Positions 11,504 to 21,911 of a stretch of DNA of 64,000 bases are shown in pieces. A program made the position numbers and the translations under genes. How positions within the stretch are numbered: position 1 is the stretch's first letter; the number at the start of each line of letters is the position of its first letter. Source of the DNA: Vitrella brassicaformis CCMP3155 (lineage: Eukaryota > Protista > Chromerida); NCBI GenBank assembly GCA_001179505.1, contig CDMY01000047.1:1-64000 (forward strand). The letters run 5' to 3'. The notes under the pieces were generated by a model. It had not been told where the DNA came from. It did no database searches and saw only the letters and a list, made by a program, of their open reading frames with translations.

Positions 11504-13400
11504 AGAGTACCAGTCGTCCTTCCCCAATGTGGTGCGATGGTACAACACGTGCATCAACCAGCCAGGTCAGAGAGAGAGAGTGCATCTCATCTGGTGGGGT
11601 GGGGTGCAATGCAACACAAAACATACACACACACATACCTACCTGCCTGCCTAGCTGCCTCAGTACATGCATATCACGTGCTGTGTTGTTGTCTGTCTTG
11701 TGTGCGTCTGTCTGTCTGGTGTCTGTCTGGTGTGGGTCGATGTCCACCACTGCACTGCAGCGTTTTTGAAGGCGTGCAAGGCCAAGACTGCCAAGCCGGG
11801 GGAGGGCAAGAAGGACAAGAAGGCCGAGGCTCCCAAGGAGAAGGAAAAGAAAAAGGAAAAGGACACAGGTGGGTAACTAACATATATACGTACGTACCAG
11901 CATCGCATCAACTGTCTGCACACGCCACGATCCACACACAACAAAGATGACATACAGATGGGGGATTGGATTGGATTGTGTTGTGTCTATCTGTTGTGGT
12001 TTTGTTGTGTAGCGGCAGCGGCGGCAGCAGGCGGCGGCGATGACATTGAGGGCGAAGAGGCGCCGGCCAAGAAGCAGCCCAATCCGCTGGACCTGCTGCC
12101 GCCCGCCAAGATGGTCATGGACGAGTGGAAACGGGTCAGTGAAGGGTGGTTGCGTGAATGAATGCACTTAGCCAACCGTCGCCACGCACCCACACACACA
12201 CACACACGCACACGCACACGCGTGTCGATGTGTGTGACGTGACCCCTGCAGACGTACTCCAACACGAAGGATCTCTACGGCGTGGCGATGAAATGGTTCT
12301 GGTGAGGGAGTGAGCGAATGACCTGCAGCCAGACAGACAGACACACGCATCGAACGTCTGTGTTGTGTGTGCCTGTGATGTGCCCATCATCCCTGCCATC
12401 CATGGCACCACCAGGGAGAACTACGACCCCGAGGGCTACTGTCTGTATTTCGTCAAGTACGTCAAGGCCGAGGGCGAAGGCAAAGTCGGATTCATGACCT
12501 GCAACCTCCTCAGCGGCTTCATACAGGTAAGTGAGTAGCCTACTAACCTAACACAACTAACACAACTAACACAACTAACACCAGCACCACACACACGTGT
12601 CACGTCCGTGTGTGTCATGTATGTCAGCGGTGCGACAAGTTGCGCAAGCACGGGTTTGCCGTCATGGACGTGGTCGGCGGAGACGGTGAGTCAGTGAAGG
12701 AGTGAGTGAGCTGGCCACCCGACCCAACACACACAAGCCATGGATGGCCCATAAGCGCAGGACTAGCCAGCACCAACCAGGATGAAGAGTGATCATGGCT
12801 GCTCTGTGCCTCCATGCCATGGATGCGATGCGATGCGGGGCAGGTGACTTTGACATCGAGGGTGCGTGGCTGTTCCGCGGCACCGAGATACCGCCCGACG
12901 TGCGTACGCATCACAGCCTCACACACACACACACACATGCACACGAATGCATTCAATGCGTGCACAGATAACTAAGTGGTTGGTTGCGTCCATTCCATCC
13001 TTCCTTGGTGTGTGGATGTGTGGTGCAGATGAAGGACCACCCCTCCTATGAGTATCACGAGTTCCGGTGAGGAACCAATGCACACAGGGAGGGGGGGAGG
13101 GTGACGGGGGGGGAGATGACCGAACAGCCACCACAGTGTGTGCTGTCTGTCCAATGAATGCGGTGCACTGCAGTGCGGTTGACCTGAACAACCCCGCCGA
13201 CAAGAAGCTGCTCGAGGACTATTGGTGTGCCGACGAGTAAGACGAGACGGATCACACTCGCACACCAACGCACCCCAGCCAGGGACAGACAGAAGCAGAC
13301 CATACACTCGTGTGTGGTGTGTCATGCACTGCATGGCATGGGTGTGCGCATCAGGATGGTCAACGGCAAGCCGATCGTCGACAGCAAAGTCTTCAAGTGA
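10552..13400 (+). CDS. EEF1G: Elongation factor 1-gamma (eEF1B-gamma), multi-exon; first exon is only the ATG
   Basis: GST-like N-domain (KNPTGVMPFLET, SNAIARYVA, VDSWVDF, EHLLHQTFLVGEDVTLADI), Lys/Glu linker, KQPNPLDLLPP...MDEWKR|TYSNTKD, and C-terminal GAWLFRG...DYWCAD. Confidence 0.95.
11471..11502. repeat. (TG)n microsatellite, representative of dozens of intronic di- and tetranucleotide repeats
   Basis: Directly visible. Similar (GT)n, (ACAG)n, (ATGG)n, (GCAG)n and (AGTC)n tracts occur in most introns. Confidence 0.9.
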
Positions 13401-14864
13401 TGTGATCCACACACACACACACACACATCCATTCCATATCCGGCGAAATGCAGGGCTGTCCCGTCCCGTCCCCCATGCATTCATTCAATGGCATGACTGA
13501 TTGTTGGTTCACTTTGCCTTATCGTTCGTGGCTGGCTGGCTGGGGGTCTCTATATGCAATCTATGGATGGACTTTTAAAGGAACAAACAAATGAATGAGG
13601 TGGCCGGTGTGGTGTGATCTGACCGGCTGGTTTTTGCGTGTCGTGTGCATGACATGACATGAGCAAAGGTCCTGTGCCGGTTGGTTGGTGTTATCACATA
13701 CATGTTGGTGTCTGTGAGTGAGAGTGAGAAAGAGGGAGAGGGACAGGTAGGCGGACGGACGGACGGACATGGGTCCTACCTGTCGTTCAGTGTGTGTTTG
13801 TGTGCAAGCCAAGCACCATGGCTGCATCGCATCATCTAGACGGTGGTGCGGCCCTGAGTGCGATTTTCCATCCATCCATCCAGAGAATTCAGGAAGGACA
13901 GTTTGTGTGTCTCTGTGTGTGAGAGGTGGGCCCCGCTCTCGGTGCCCGACGTGCTGTCCCATCCCTCCCTCCCTCAATGTGCAATGCGTGTTTGTGTGTG
14001 CGCGCTGCTGCCTTTATGCAATGTCTGTCTCTGTCTCTGTCTCTGTGTGTGTGTGTGTGCGGACCAAGACAGGACAGGACGCACACATGACCGATGGCTG
14101 GCTGGATGGCTGGAAGGAAGGAAGCGAGCAACACATGCAATCAAACCAAGGGCGTGGCGTCCATCATGAAGCCCGTACCACACACAACACGCACACCCAC
14201 ACACACGTACATTTGTTTCCCCGTGAGTGATAAATAACACACTGACAGACACATCAATCACATCAGCTCTCAGTCGTCGCAAGGGCGATGGATGGATGGA
14301 TGCCAGCTGACCTGACAGAGTCACCCACCCACCCACGGCCAGCCGGAGCTGACTGATTGACAGCAATCCCTCCACCCACACCCACACCAGCACTCACTCA
14401 CCTCACCGACCCATACATACGTAACATAACATAAAGCAAAGAAAGCAAGCAACGAAAAAGCGGACCGACTGACTAACAGTAGGTGCTGGTGGGGCTGGGC
14501 TGTTTGATAGATACGTATGTACAGACAGGACACGGCACGGCATGGCACCCATCGATATCCTCGGGAGGGAGGACACACATCCATCCATCCATCCAGGCAG
14601 GCAGGCAGGCACACCTGTGCCGTGCGTGTCTTTCTTTTGACAGATCCTCTCTCTCGTTTGACACGAGGGAGGACGCGGGCCAGCAACACTCACACACAGA
14701 GAGATCGATGTCACAGACAGACAGACAGACAGACCTGCATGCGGTACGGTGTGCCACCACCGCAGAATCCCGCAGGACTTTTAACACAGATCGGATCGGC
14801 TTCTGTGTGTCACGATGTGCATCCGTCCAGCCGGCCACACTGACTGGCTGGCTGGGTCGTGTCG

Positions 14865-17850
14865 TCAAGTCCTGATAGTCTGCAGCTCCATCGCCGCCGA
14901 CCTATCCTCAAGCAACAACGCCTCGTCAACACGACTGGCCACAGACACAGACACAGGGAGACGACGCATGCACTGCACGTGTCTCTGCCTGCCGTTTGTG
15001 CTGTGCCGTGCTGTGCTGTGCTGTGGTGGGCTGCGGTGTGTGGTTGGCTTAGCTACTTGTAGTGCCTTCTGGCCTTCATGAAGAGCCACCACGCCGCCGC
15101 GGCCAAACCCACCACAATAAAAACCCACAGCGCCAGATTCATCAAGATGCAGTGGGCCATCCGCGCAAGGCTCCCCGGCTCCAGATAGTCCTTCTCAACG
15201 GGACAAGTCGCATCCGCCGGCAGCACCGACGCCGCCGACCGCACGAAGCCCATGCGGTTGTGGTGCGGGTCGGTGAGATCGAAAATGACGTAGTAGGAGC
15301 GGAGGAAGGTCATGCCGAGGATGACGGCCACTGGGAGGGACTCGCCCCGCTCGATGCCCAGCACACCCGTGCAGAAGCCGAAGGGGCGGCGGATCTCTAT
15401 CACATACTCTTCGGGGGCCACACACAGGGGGAAGGGATTGCCTGAACCAACCAACCAACGAACGAATGGACCAGATAGACGTGACGAGGGGCTTGCAAAG
15501 GGATCGGCGTTTCCATCCTTCTGACTGACATGTTGCGTACATACCTGCTTGGTCGATGATCTCCAGCCTTAGCCGAGGGTATGGTTCAGAAAACCACCCC
15601 ATGCGAGACGGACACTTGCAGTACTGACCGATCGACCGACCGACCATATACGCACGGTGGACGCCATGCACCGCACCGCACAGTCACACCAAACACACAC
15701 CCAACTGACTGTTGGTTGTATCATTAATGTCTGTGCGGTGCGTCCCTCGCTGTGCTGTGGCTGGCTTATGTAGATAGATCCATACCATCTCTAGTTGGTC
15801 GGTCATTCTGTTTCTCCTCGGTGTGCACAGCCGTTTGGCCATCAGCTGCTCTGCTAACCTGGCGGTCGTACCATACACACACACCAACTATATATGGTGT
15901 CGTCGGCTGGGCTGCCGTGTCCTACCCCACCCACGTACCTGACTACCTACCTACCTGTCGAATATGCGATGCTTCATGACGATGAGGGACGTGCCTGCAG
16001 TGAGACATCACGCACACACGTGGGTACGATGTGGGTTGATGTGTGTGTGGACAGGACAGGTAGGTCTGTCTACTCTACCTGAGTCGATGAGTGCTGGCAC
16101 CCTGTGTGGTTCGTCGCGGAAACTCACCTCCTCACCACTGCCACTCAATGCTGCACAGCACAGCACACCACAGCACATACATACACCACACCGGAGACTC
16201 CAAGACAGCACATCCGAATAAGAAACGCGCGCGCTCGTGTGTGCGTGCCGCCGGCTGAGCTGACCGATTCCGTTGATAGTTGCGTGCCACCCCCTCTTCA
16301 TGCGCATCCAGTAGGGGTCGCTGAAGGTCACGCCGGCCAGCATGGACGAATTAGACGAACTCGCGCTGGGCGGAAGAGGCGACGGCCTCTTGGCGTGCTG
16401 ATCCAACACTGCAGATATGATGGATGGGTGGCAGAGACACACACACATGGAAAGGATAGCAAACAAAGGTGAGGTGGGTGAAGATCGCAACGATTGATTG
16501 ATCGTCACTTGCACTGATTGCACTGATTGCACTGACATGGGTCTCCGAAGGTGAGTGCCGATCCGTGTGCGTCGGGTGTGAGGTAGAAGCTGAAGTGCCG
16601 CGGCATCGATGGGTTCTCGCGGAACAAAGACCGGATGAACGTCGACGCGTTACGCAGATGACGCTCCATGTCGGTGTAATGCGACAAACCTGCACACACA
16701 CACAGACACACACACACACACACACAGAGGTAGAGAGTGGGAAAGACATCCACACATAGCTAACGTGTAAGAAGATATCTATCAGTGCGGGGCGGGGCGG
16801 GCAAGCTGGGAGGCTTACTTACCGAGTATGCCGTCGGACATCATGATTGCCTGTGGTGACTCGTAGTCGGTGACCTCGAGCATGAACTGCCTCTCGACCG
16901 TCACGTTGCCTCCATCCACACCCACTATCGCAAGACGGTCCAGCAGCGTCCGGCCCTCGACTGCAGCAAGAGACCAACATATCCACCACACAAGCAAGGA
17001 AGGAACGAAGCCCTAATGACACGGTCAGTCCTCTCTCCTCTCTCACTGCAGTGCACTGCCTGACTTGAAGTGAGATCTCCGTATTTTTCGCTCTTGATCT
17101 GCCCCAGCCACAGGGCCGTCGATGACGCATCCACATCATAACGCTGCATGGCATGGTGGCATGGTGGCATGCCGTCCATCCATCCACACCACAGACAGAC
17201 ACGACACACCGTCGAGTTGATGTGATCCATGGCATGCCCTCCCTCACTGTGAATGAGTGAGTGTGAGTGCCATTTGTGCACTCACGTGTGCGCCTTCAGT
17301 GCATGTAGAGCAGCGGACACTCGGAATCCTAACACACATACACACACAAACACACACACAGAAGCACAGCAGAGAGAGGCTCACAGAAAGGAATTAATGA
17401 ACAGACAGGCAGGTGTTCGTCAGGCATGTGTGTGGATTCCTCTCTCCGTGCCTCCCTCACCAGACATCCGCACTGCCTGTGTCAGGGATCATGGTGAAGT
17501 TTTGCTCGTAGTTCAGCCTCGACTTGCCTATCTGCACCTCGAGCAAATACTGAGTCTCCTGATCGATGTTACATACATATCAAGACCAGGAGAAAGACAG
17601 ACAGACAATGTGGTCTTCACGGGAGTCGCCATTGGCCAATGATGTGGCGTACCTGGACGTTCTTGAGAGCGGCGGATGTGCCCGTCAGCCGTCTGCCGTG
17701 CCTGTCACTCCTCGGGTCTCTCGCGCGCCTCACCATGGGCACTCTGATCGATTTGACGCCGCCTGACGCCCAGCAGAGAGCGTCGAGGCCCAACACAAAT
17801 ATCAGGACGCCACAAGTCACTGCCGTCATTGTTAAGGAGCCACGCGTCAT
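14865..17850 (-). CDS. Pepsin-family (A1) aspartic protease with signal peptide and C-terminal transmembrane helix
   Basis: Both catalytic motifs rebuilt across exons (DTGSADVWIPSVRCSTC; PALIDSGTSLI), plus DGILG, VILGMTFLRSYYVIFD, TM segment ILMNLALWVFIVVGLAAAAWWLF and a last exon ending MELQTIRT*. Confidence 0.9.
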
Positions 17851-18263
17851 TTAAGGAAGAGAGTGAGATGTTTCAGAATCAGGGTTTGTGGGGTGCAGGG
17901 TTGGGTTTCAACCCCATGGATGTCGAGTGTCTGCGCTCACCGCAGCACATACAACGAACGAGCCGCTGACTTACATCATCCCTGATGCTCGATCAATCAC
18001 AGCACGCACTGCCTACCTGCCCCACGTAAAATCCTGTATGTGCTGCATGCATCGCGCACCACGCACACAACGCTGCGACGTCTACGACCCTGTAAAACTC
18101 CCAGGGCCGCAGATGTCGCTGCGCCGCTTGCGTCGTGCGTGATGCCGCACAGAAGGAGAAAACAACCAAAGCGTGCAACAACAGAGAGAGGGGCATTCAA
18201 CAGCATTCATTGAGACTCGCCCCCGCAGCATTCATTGTGCGCTAGCTGACATATCCTGCATTA

Positions 18264-18309
18264 TCAGGAAGTCGGCTGTGGCTTGATCCCCACAAGCTTG
18301 CTGCACACA

Positions 18310-18340
<31 letters not shown>

Positions 18341-19127
18341 CCGTGGACACACACACGAACGCCATAAATCAATCACCGAGCGCCCCTCCCTCCCCTCCCC
18401 TGCTCTGCTCTGCTCTGCGTGCCTTGATGTAGACATCTATCTCACTCACCCGAGGAATGTGGCGGCTTTCTGTGTGGTGGTTGGCTCGGGTGCCTTCCAC
18501 GTGAGCTTCTTGTACAGCCCCTCAGTGAAGTGGTGGCACTTGGACTCATCACGATGCTCCGTCATGCAGTCCATCCCAGACAACAACTCGCTTCGAAACT
18601 CCTTCACACACGCACACACACACACACGAGATGAAGCGGGAGCGGCAGCCAGTGCATATCATATGTCTGTCCATCCCTCCCCCCGCCGTCATCTCATCGG
18701 TATGTGTTCTCAATCGGGGCCTGCCTGCCTGCCTGCGTGTGACTTGGCTTGACTTGCCTTGTAGAGAGGGTGTTGTGGCGTGATGTATGTGTCGACTGGG
18801 AGGCCGGTGCACTGGCTGTGTGGGCTGCCCATCCCGCGGCACAGCATGTAGGCCCTGTCGTAGTGCTCGGGGTCATGCTTCATCGCAGACGTCATAGTGT
18901 ACTCGGGAGAGGCCGCAGACTCCAGCCGACGCGACGCCAAAAAGACCTGCAGGCAGGCAGGCAACACACACAGAGCAGGCAGCATCGGTGGGTGCGGAGG
19001 TGCACCCATCTCGTCTGTCTGCCCACCAGCGTCTCGGGATCTGTCGGAGTGGCCTGCACACCACACACACACAAGGAGGAATTCTCAACAGAAAATCTTC
19101 ACTGCGCCGAGTCCGTGAGGTTACCAT
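18264..19127 (-). CDS. Small twin-CX9C protein (about 125 aa), putative mitochondrial intermembrane-space protein
   Basis: M|VFLASRRLE...MLCRGMGSPHSQC...PLYK|EFRSELLSGMDCMTEHRDESKCHHF...|KLVGIKPQPTS*. Two C-X9-C motifs, an ATG-only exon 1 and a GC-AG intron at 18602-18757. Confidence 0.7.
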
Positions 19128-19230
19128 TGCGCTTTCTTGCCGCTCTTCGCCTGAAAGCTCGCAGCATGTTTGAGCTTGCGGATCTGGAGCTGGAGGTACC
19201 TCCTTGGGAAGGGAGGCCTGTTTGTTGAGG

Positions 19231-19956
19231 ATGGGTGGCGGCGGAGGGGACACCCTCAACAGCTTGTTTCCCGGATACAGAGACAAGATCTGGGCACGAC
19301 TATCGCCACAGGTAAGTATGTATGTCCACACAGATGCAGAGGGAGGGAGATGATACATGGCGGGCCCAGCACAGTGCCAAATAATACCTGGCTGCTGGCT
19401 GCTGTGCTGTGCAATGCAATGCAATGCAATGCGCTGTGGTGACTGTCTGCAGATCCGTCAGTATCTGATCCGGCGAGACAATGCCGGGTTCGAGTCGAGT
19501 ATGCACACGCTGTCGGTGGTGCAGCGGCAGAAGTACGCGGCCTTCTTCCAGTACTTGGCCGACCCCCTGAGGCCCTCCTACCAGTACCGCAAGCCGGTGG
19601 TGGACTACAAGCGGCAGGTCACCCGCGGCACCTACGTGCAGGGGCGGCACCTCTACAAGGCCGACGGCAAGGGCGACAGGCTGGACATGAGCAACCCCTC
19701 CAACCTCTGGGAGCCCTTCACGCCACAGGAGCAGGAGCAGCGACGCAAGAATAAGGCGCTCACCTTCGCCGTCTTCTTCTTTGTGATCCTCTCGTGGCCC
19801 ACATTCATCTGCCACTTCGCTCGCAACGACTACTTCATCCTCTGCCAAGCGGAGGGGCAGCACCAGCACCAGCAGCCAGAGCCAGAGGGAGAGGTAGAGG
19901 CAGAGGGAGATGGGGAGGGGGAGGGGGAGGGAGATGGCAGTGACGAGCGACCATGA
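19231..19956 (+). CDS. About 195-aa single-pass membrane protein, candidate mitochondrial complex subunit
   Basis: MGGGGGDTLNSLFPGYRDKIWARLSPQ|IRQYLIRRDN... with a phase-0 GT-AG intron (19312-19451), one TM segment (ALTFAVFFFVILSWPTFICHF) and an acidic tail. Gene structure is clear; function is uncertain. Confidence 0.7.
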
Positions 19957-20342
19957 AACACTCAGGTGAGGGCCGGTTGATTGAGGGCGGTGCCCGTCGG
20001 GCCTATATTGTCAGGCCTAGTTGCTTATCCTGTTGTGTGATGCTGTCCTGTCTGGCAGGAGAACGACTGAGTTTTCAATTGGCAGAGCTGCTGGTCCATG
20101 CCATGAGTGAGTGAGCAGTGGCAGTCAGTGGGTGAGTGGGGCATCGCATCATATCATGCATGGACAAGTGCATGGATTGCATGTATGCCAGTCAGTCAGT
20201 CAGTCAGTCAAACTCTCCATCCGTGTGCTTCATGACTGCCACGGGATTTGTTTGTCTTTGGTTCGTCAAGTCAATGATGGACGAGTGACTTCCGTTCGTG
20301 TAACGTTTTGCCATCGACCGACCCACCGAAAGTATTGATTTG

Positions 20343-20783
20343 ATGGATGACGCAGCAGACGATGGCGCCATCAAATCAGCGGCGGTGGTGCTGATAGAGG
20401 AGATCTCTGCCGGCGACGTCGGCAAGTCAGTCCGAGTGACTGGCCGCTGTGTGTCGACCTCTGAGCATCTGATCATCGCCGACGGACCCGCGCAGCTCGA
20501 AGTCATCGCCGACGGCAGGTATGTGCAGCTGAGTAGTGCCAAACCGTGCATCCCACCATCCATCCATCAGCCTTTGTCTGCGTGGTGTGGTGTGGTGTGC
20601 AGTGGGCAGGTGCGCGAGAATGACATGGTTCAGTATATTGGGGAGCTGGCGCGAGAGGAGGGCGAAGCAGAGGGGAGGCTGGTGCTCAAGGCGCGGGCAT
20701 TGCGGAACGTCGACGGCATCGACCTGGCCATGTACAAGAGGGCGGTGGCAATGCGCCGGAAAATGCTGGGCACGCAGCACTGA
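20343..20783 (+). CDS. TEN1: CST complex subunit TEN1-like OB-fold protein; intron about 20519-20602
   Basis: GKSVRVTGR...VQYIGEL...VLKARALRNVDGIDLAMYKRAVAMRRKML parallels plant TEN1 (GVSLRVTA...YQFIGEL...LQARTGRNVDGIDMNLYRKTIELLRQFL). About 120 aa. Confidence 0.8.
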   Translation: MDDAADDGAIKSAAVVLIEEISAGDVGKSVRVTGRCVSTSEHLIIADGPAQLEVIADGRYVQLSSAKPCIPPSIHQPLSAWCGVVCSGQVRENDMVQYIGELAREEGEAEGRLVLKARALRNVDGIDLAMYKRAVAMRRKMLGTQH

Positions 20784-20949
20784 CTGACTGACCGAACCAA
20801 CCGGGGGTATGTATCTCATGCCATTGGGTGGCCGGGTGTGAGCATATACATAGATAGGTGAATGTGCGCAGACGCCTGCACTGCGTGACCGGGACACGTG
20901 GTAGACCTCAGACTCGTGAGTGACTCATGAAGGGAGGAAGGAATGTCTG

Positions 20950-21130
20950 TCCATGTTACGTAGTGTGAATTTCCTCGCTGTCATTTCGCTGCAGCGCCAC
21001 ACGGGTAACAGAGAAGGGCGACCTGATGGTACAGCCAATGGCAGTCTTGTTGCCATCGACTCTATCATCAGAACTCCCCGGCTCATTGCCAGTGCAGACA
21101 GTGCACTCAACGACCAACAAACAGTCGCTT
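20950..21130 (+). repeat. Dispersed repeat, copy A (diverged homolog at about 55000-55180)
   Basis: Shared blocks ccatgtta..gtgtgaatttcctcgctgtca..tttcgctgc.gcgccacacgggt, acagccaatggcagtcttgttgccat.gactct and gtgcagaca...acagtcgc. Confidence 0.85.
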
Positions 21131-21192
21131 GCAGTTTCAAACATAAAAAGGTTCTCCATGGCTCTTTCTCATCAATCCGCCCACCCCTCACC

Positions 21193-21492
21193 NNNNNNNN
21201 NNNNNNNNNNNNNNNNNNNNNNNNNNNNNNNNNNNNNNNNNNNNNNNNNNNNNNNNNNNNNNNNNNNNNNNNNNNNNNNNNNNNNNNNNNNNNNNNNNNN
21301 NNNNNNNNNNNNNNNNNNNNNNNNNNNNNNNNNNNNNNNNNNNNNNNNNNNNNNNNNNNNNNNNNNNNNNNNNNNNNNNNNNNNNNNNNNNNNNNNNNNN
21401 NNNNNNNNNNNNNNNNNNNNNNNNNNNNNNNNNNNNNNNNNNNNNNNNNNNNNNNNNNNNNNNNNNNNNNNNNNNNNNNNNNNNNNNNNNNN
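21193..21492. other. Assembly gap (300 N), followed by a 30-nt poly-C run at 21497-21526
   Basis: Directly visible. Confidence 0.99.
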
Positions 21493-21494
21493 AA

Positions 21495-21526
<32 letters not shown>

Positions 21527-21911
21527 ACACCCCACACAGACAGCATGGATGGGATGCAGAGAGACGAAGAGCCAGATAACAGACAGATGCGTATGTATGG
21601 GTGGGCAGCTGGCAGGCTGTCAGGTCAGCAAAATAGCCAGCCGCTATGCATACCCCGTGTGTGTGCCCGTGTGTGTGTCCGTGTGTGTGTGTGTGTGTGT
21701 GTTGTGTGTCTGTCCGTCCGTACCACAGAAACCCAGACAGACGAAAGGGCAGGAAAGCGGAGAGAAAGACACACACAGCACAGAGACGGAGGGAGGGAGA
21801 GACTGGACTTCAAACAACACAACACAACACAACACTCCATCACACGCACCTAGCAACACTCCCAACACGTCCATCCTTCTCAGCCACACTCTGTGTGTGT
21901 GTGTGTGTGTG

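Noticed and set aside
12545-12580. Short tandem repeats (ctaacacaa x3; also cactgattg x3 near 16511 and an 18-mer x2 near 846-880) as CRISPR-like arrays
   Set aside because: There are no unique spacers, the context is a eukaryotic intron or intergenic region, and no cas genes are present.
14865-17850. Plasmepsin V/ASP5 ortholog
   Set aside because: After DTGS it has the ordinary pepsin WIPS.RC..C..H.YD pattern, with no nepenthesin-type insert visible.
17993-18206. Signal-peptide-like ORF MPLSLLLHALVVFSF
   Set aside because: It lies between the CX9C stop and the protease start, with no spliced continuation found. It is probably UTR or intergenic.
21497-21526. Poly-C run as a G-quadruplex or telomeric element
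   Set aside because: It directly borders an assembly gap, so its length and identity are unreliable.
20920-21853. Long ORFs spanning N-runs (also at 38575-39889 and 53656-54482)
   Set aside because: They are artefacts of translating gaps as X.
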